A DNA stretch of 32,000 nt from Dickeya dadantii NCPPB 898 (lineage in GTDB: Bacteria; Pseudomonadota; Gammaproteobacteria; Enterobacterales; Enterobacteriaceae): NCBI RefSeq assembly GCF_000406145.1, contig NZ_CM001976.1, positions 3,323,206-3,355,205 on the forward strand, read 5' to 3'. Position numbers and translations under genes: made by a program. Below are positions 28,670 through 32,000 of the stretch, in pieces. Numbering within the stretch: position 1 is the stretch's first letter; each line of letters starts with the position of its first letter. The notes beneath the pieces were generated by a model, which had not been told where the DNA came from, ran no database searches, and was given only the letters and a program-made list of their open reading frames with translations.

Positions 28670-28697
28670 TTGACTCATCAGGGATGACCGGTATAAT
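28670..28697 (+). promoter_or_regulatory. sigma70 promoter of tRNA-Arg
   Basis: TTGACT (28670-28675), 16-nt spacer, TATAAT (28692-28697). A GC-rich discriminator (ccagccc) follows. The tRNA starts ~37 nt after the -10 box. Confidence 0.65.
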
Positions 28698-28733
28698 CCA
28701 GCCCACATCGCCAAGCGACTGTATCCCATCAAG

Positions 28734-28810
28734 GCGCCCTTAGCTCAGTTGGATAGAGCAACGGCCTTCTAAGCCGTAGGTCACAGGTTCGAATCCTGTA
28801 GGGCGTACCA
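28734..28810 (+). tRNA. argU: tRNA-Arg (anticodon UCU), argU-type
   Basis: 77 nt, GCGCCCTTAGCTCAGTTGGATAGAGCAACGGCCTTCTAAGCCGT..GGTTCGAATCCTGTAGGGCGTACCA. The cloverleaf folds by eye, the anticodon loop is CTTCTAA, and CCA is encoded. Confidence 0.95.
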
Positions 28811-28870
28811 TATAAATCAATAAGTTAAAATCAACCAAACCATAGAAACAGTTACAGCAGGTGCTCTAAC

Positions 28871-28912
28871 GGTTGCGGTTGCGGTTGCGGTTGCGGTTGC
28901 GGTTGCGGTTGA
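28871..28912. repeat. hexanucleotide microsatellite (GGTTGC)6 plus a 5/6 seventh unit
   Basis: Six perfect GGTTGC units at 28871-28906, then GGTTGA. Confidence 0.97.
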
Positions 28913-28926
28913 AGTGTCGACCCGGT

Positions 28927-29217
28927 TTAACAGCACACAATATTTTTCCATGCGGTGAGTTGCGCTTTTTCGTCATCTGTCGCCATCTCAAGTTCGACGG
29001 AGTCTTGCAGCGGCGCAATTTCTTTTGTCGCTTCATTCAGCAGTCGTACTTTTTGTAATGAAGCCGCTAAAATTTGATCGGACCGCATCTGCGGGTATCC
29101 AATTGCTGGCTTTTGAGACGCGTTCAGAACGATTCCGGTGCATTTTTGCATACAGCAAGCCCCGGCTATACCGGGGACACTGATTTGACTCAACATATCA
29201 TTTAAAAATAAATTCAT
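28927..29217 (-). pseudogene. phage tail-fibre-assembly (Tfa) C-terminal fragment fused to an unrelated N-terminus
   Basis: ..[43 protein letters not shown] parallels the lambda-type Tfa C-terminus (..IAPLQDAADLEIATKEE..LLEAWKKYRVLLNRVD, from memory). It stops before the RVLLNRVD part. ATG 29217 follows the upstream stop by 2 nt. Confidence 0.55.
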
Positions 29218-29219
29218 TA

Positions 29220-29729
29220 TCAAGATTTAAAGGATTGGGTGCTACCTACTTTTCTAATTTTGTATATTGTATACAATAACCCGCCCCAAGATAACCCAGT
29301 TACAATACCTGTTCCTGCGCCCCATAGACATTGAAAATAAAAATCCATTGATAGCATCAAGTTATTTTCAAGAAGGAAAGTCATTGCAAACTTAAAAATA
29401 AAAGATGCAAGAATTAAGATAAGAACAAAAGGACTTCCATTGCGGCTAATAAGACCAGAGGATGCATCATATTCAATCGGGCATTTCCATAATAACGAAA
29501 TCCTGATAATGCAAAACAAAATTAAAGAAATCATATATATAAAAATAGTAGGATGAAAAGAGAAACCTTTTAAATGATAAATGCCTGCGATTAAAAATAG
29601 CACAGGCACAATGAAAAGTCTGTTCAAGGGTATTTGCCTGGGCTGTAGCGCAGATATGCCTCTTTTTATTAAAAAAAGTAACATAAGCCACACCCATACA
29701 GGTGTATTTAAAAATATAGCCATAACCAT
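29220..29729 (-). CDS. AT-rich 169-aa multi-pass (about 5 TM) membrane protein, DUF1453/DUF6622-like (family assignment tentative)
   Basis: ATG lies 6 nt after GAGAGG. It has five hydrophobic spans, and the N-terminus (..[17 protein letters not shown]) resembles what I recall for DUF6622. Very low G+C. Confidence 0.6.
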   Translation of the reverse strand: MVMAIFLNTPVWVWLMLLFLIKRGISALQPRQIPLNRLFIVPVLFLIAGIYHLKGFSFHPTIFIYMISLILFCIIRISLLWKCPIEYDASSGLISRNGSPFVLILILASFIFKFAMTFLLENNLMLSMDFYFQCLWGAGTGIVTGLSWGGLLYTIYKIRKVGSTQSFKS

Positions 29730-30174
29730 GTGATACCTCTCTTGCTGCTCAGCGTGCCTTGTGTAAATTACAATGACTCACCTACAGTGCTTACACCACG
29801 CCATATTAACGACAGTTAGTGGACATATAAGCGACAATCACCTGACAGAGGTTCCTGAGTATATGTCCGGATGGCAACGATGGAGCATGTGCACAGCAAA
29901 ATGGAAACAGAGCTGCGATATAGTAGTAAGGCTCACAGGCCGAAAAAATTGATTTTGCGTTGCCTGATATCGCTAAATTCAACATTCCCGGTGGACGTGA
30001 TGCCGTGAAGGGCGCATTAAAAAACGCAGTAAGGATATGGAGTAGGTAGATCAGATCTATCAAAATTCAGCTTTTACCTTCGCTAGCAATCTTTGTCATA
30101 TAAACATGAGCCAGCTCGCATTTTCCAAGCATCGCGAGGAATAATGTTTAAACCGTTCTCAGGAGGACATACTC

Positions 30175-30489
30175 ATGAAAAAATTGCTGATATGTTGTTT
30201 TTTCGGAAATACCGCCAACGCTCTGGCAAAAAAAATGCAGAAAATAGCAGATAATCAGGACTATAAGATTATGGTCAGCGCTGTAGGGCTGGATAATTTT
30301 GCGAGCGTTGCGCCTGCATTTGACTGTTTTCTCGTTGCGCCACATATACAATACAAATTTGCTGAACTTAGGACTATTGTTGGTGAGTCACGATCCATTG
30401 CCGTTATAGATAGTCTGTCATATGCATCGCTGGACGGAGAAAAAGTATTACGTTTTGTGCTGACCCATATGCCAGAACTGGCCGATTAA
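30175..30489 (+). CDS. orphan PTS EIIB, lactose/cellobiose (ChbB) family
   Basis: AGGAGG lies 8 nt upstream. MKKLLICCFFGNTAN.. aligns with ChbB ..IYLFCSAGMSTS.. (active-site Cys retained). ..FLVAPHIQYKF..VIDSLSYASLDGEKVL.. aligns with ..LLGPQIAYML..VIDSLLYGKVDGLGVL. Confidence 0.75.
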   Translation: MKKLLICCFFGNTANALAKKMQKIADNQDYKIMVSAVGLDNFASVAPAFDCFLVAPHIQYKFAELRTIVGESRSIAVIDSLSYASLDGEKVLRFVLTHMPELAD

Positions 30490-30712
30490 ATTGAGGAACT
30501 CCATGTGCTGGCCCACTCCCCATTAATTAACACATCGCGATATGAGTAATGTCTTCATCGGCAACATGAGGACGTCCCCCATTAAAGAAGCGTTTTTTCC
30601 GACGAACAGATCAGCACCGAAGCGACACCGCCGTCTCATTGTATATCCCATTGATATATAAAAATAACATTCCATGCTAACAATAGCGTGAAATTTATCC
30701 AGAGAGGCTACG

Positions 30713-30874
30713 ATGGAAAAAAAATCAGCCAATCCGGAAAAGAATCTGGTGGTGATTGAAGGTTTTTCCGCACGCCTGGAAGTTCAGAACGATGGCTCTG
30801 ATGCTCCCGCCCATACCGGCCAGATTCGCGCAGAGCCGGCAGGAAAAGAACCACCCACCGGCCCCATTCCATAA
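30713..30874 (+). CDS. hypothetical 53-aa protein (below ORF-track cutoff)
   Basis: ATG lies 5 nt after GAGG. MEKKSANPEKNLVVIEGFSARLEVQNDGSDAPAHTGQIRAEPAGKEPPTGPIP*. G+C is like the core genome. I recognise no homolog. Confidence 0.3.
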   Translation: MEKKSANPEKNLVVIEGFSARLEVQNDGSDAPAHTGQIRAEPAGKEPPTGPIP

Positions 30875-30991
30875 CCAAAACTTCGCCTGACGTTCCCCCT
30901 CTTGAACGCGCGATCTTGACCAATGACAAGGCGGCCCAAGCGTTAGCCTCTTTATAATCAAACCCGTTTGTCTTCTCACTGGTGTGAAAGT

Positions 30992-32000
30992 ATGGCTTAT
31001 CAACTTAACCTTAACTGGCCCGAATTTTTAGAAAAATACTGGCAAAAACAACCCATTGTATTAAAGAACGCCTTCCCGAACTTCGTCGATCCGATTACGC
31101 CGGATGAACTGGCGGGGCTGGCGATGGAGCCGGAGGTGGACAGCCGCATCGTCAGCCATGTTAATGGTCAGTGGCAGGCGTGGAACGGGCCGTTTGAGCA
31201 GTTTGATCATTTAGGGGAAACCGACTGGTCCCTGTTAGCTCAGGCCGTTAATCACTGGCATGCCCCGTCTGCCGAGTTGGTGCGTCCGTTTCGCGTGCTG
31301 CCGGACTGGCGGTTAGACGACCTGATGATCTCTTTTTCTGTGCCGGGCGGCGGCGTCGGGCCGCATATAGACCAGTACGATGTGTTTATCATTCAGGGGA
31401 TGGGCCGCCGCCGCTGGCGCGTTGGCGATAAGCTGCCGATGCGCCAGTTCTGCCCGCATCCGGCGCTGCTGCACGTTGATCCTTTCACGCCGATCATTGA
31501 TGAAGAGCTTGAGCCGGGCGACATTTTATATATTCCGCCGGGCTTCCCGCACGACGGCTTCACCTTCGAAACCGCGTTCAACTACTCGGTGGGCTTCCGT
31601 GGGCCAAACGGCCGGGATTTGATCAGCAGCTTTGCCGACTATGCGCTGGAGAACGATCTCGGCGGCGAGCACTACAGCGATCCGGATTTAACCTGCCGGG
31701 AACATCCGGGCCGGGTGGAAGGGTATGAGCTTGACCGCCTGCGCGCGATGATGATCGACATGATCAATCAGCCGGAAGATTTTAAACAGTGGTTCGGCCG
31801 CTTCGTGACAACGCCGCGCCATGAGCTGGACATCGCCCCCGCAGAGCCGCCCTACCAGCAGGATGAGATTGCCGACGCTCTGATGGCCGGCGAAGTTCTG
31901 ATCCGCTTAAGCGGGCTGCGGGTGCTGCATGTCGGCGATAGCGTCTTCATCAACAGCGAAAAGCTGGAAACGGTCGCCCCGGAAGCCGCCGATGCGCTAT
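30992..32000 (+). CDS. roxA: ribosomal protein uL16 Arg81 hydroxylase RoxA/YcfD (JmjC/cupin), 3' end beyond window
   Basis: MAYQLNLNWPEFLEKYWQKQPIVLKNAF..DELAGLAME.EVDSR.VSH..FSVPGGGVGPHIDQYDVFIIQG.GRRRWRVG closely tracks E. coli YcfD. The ORF stays open to nt 32000, which is why it is absent from the track. Confidence 0.9.
   Translation, partial: MAYQLNLNWPEFLEKYWQKQPIVLKNAFPNFVDPITPDELAGLAMEPEVDSRIVSHVNGQWQAWNGPFEQFDHLGETDWSLLAQAVNHWHAPSAELVRPFRVLPDWRLDDLMISFSVPGGGVGPHIDQYDVFIIQGMGRRRWRVGDKLPMRQFCPHPALLHVDPFTPIIDEELEPGDILYIPPGFPHDGFTFETAFNYSVGFRGPNGRDLISSFADYALENDLGGEHYSDPDLTCREHPGRVEGYELDRLRAMMIDMINQPEDFKQWFGRFVTTPRHELDIAPAEPPYQQDEIADALMAGEVLIRLSGLRVLHVGDSVFINSEKLETVAPEAADAL

Larger units (their letters stand above)
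28811..30700. mobile_element. degraded tRNA-Arg-associated genomic islet / prophage remnant (right boundary approximate)
   Basis: G+C drops abruptly right after the tRNA; one 60-nt line I counted inside 29220-29729 has 11/60 G+C. It contains a tail-fibre-assembly gene fragment. I found no integrase and no att direct repeat. Confidence 0.45.

Noticed and set aside
28871-28912. Possible CRISPR-like or other spaced repeat array.
   Set aside because: The units are contiguous 6-mers with no spacers. There are no cas genes, so this is a microsatellite.
28873-29058. 61-aa + strand ORF starting MRLRLRLRLRLRLK.
   Set aside because: It is simply the hexanucleotide repeat read in one frame, then antisense of the Tfa fragment. 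It has no RBS.
29773-30063. 85-aa - strand ORF (29806-30063) and a 59-aa + strand ORF (29773-29952) in the gap upstream of the EIIB gene.
   Set aside because: Neither has a credible RBS. The compositions are odd (Cys/Trp/His-rich), I recognised no homology, and the two mutually overlap. I treat the ~440 bp as non-coding or decayed.
30106-30144. 12-codon ORF (MSQLAFSKHREE) just upstream of the EIIB gene as a possible leader peptide.
   Set aside because: It has no RBS, no associated terminator/antiterminator structure that I could fold, and is easily explained by chance.
29000-31000. A direct repeat of the tRNA-Arg 3' end (attR) that would delimit the islet.
   Set aside because: I scanned by eye for ttcgaatcctgtagggcgtacca and sub-strings (gaatcctgta, gggcgtacca) and found none. 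A computational search with mismatches is still needed.
30523-31003. Three overlapping - strand ORFs (69, 73 and 92 aa) between the EIIB gene and roxA.
   Set aside because: They overlap one another and the roxA start. They have no RBSs and no recognisable similarity.

Overview
This 32-kb chromosomal segment reads like a Dickeya ('Erwinia chrysanthemi')-type Pectobacteriaceae genome. That assignment rests on recognised protein sequences and gene order, not on a database search. The coding background is G+C-rich. Left to right: (i) The 3' end of a TonB-dependent siderophore receptor, followed by a catecholate (2,3-DHB / chrysobactin-type) operon cbsC-E-B-A and an EntH-like thioesterase (1-5.8 kb, + strand). 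(ii) Three housekeeping-type genes on the - strand (OYE alkene reductase, YdeN/RBBP9-type serine hydrolase, YeaK deacylase), plus a 24-codon YpdK-like small membrane ORF that falls below the ORF-track cutoff. (iii) A complete Out/Gsp type II secretion cluster on the - strand: outC-D-E-F-G-H-I-J-K-L-M, then outO after a 184-bp spacer (9.0-20.6 kb). A ~1.5-kb gap with no convincing ORF, mostly AT-rich, separates it from divergent outB and the pilotin gene outS (22.1-23.2 kb). (iv) alaC, a class-IV D-amino-acid aminotransferase, and an 814-aa MscS-family channel. (v) tRNA-Arg(UCU) with a near-consensus promoter, followed by a ~1.9-kb very AT-rich islet holding a (GGTTGC)6 microsatellite, a phage tail-fibre-assembly gene fragment, a 5-TM protein and an orphan PTS EIIB. 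(vi) The 5' part of roxA/ycfD, running off the window. I saw no CRISPR array, IS element, integrase or rRNA. I did not find a clear multi-gene novel system. The best candidates for undescribed biology are the tRNA-adjacent islet, the AT-rich out control region (repeats, palindromes and a KdgR-like operator, but no convincing ORF), lineage-specific Ser/Asn/Gly-rich segments in four Out proteins, and matched hairpins flanking outO.
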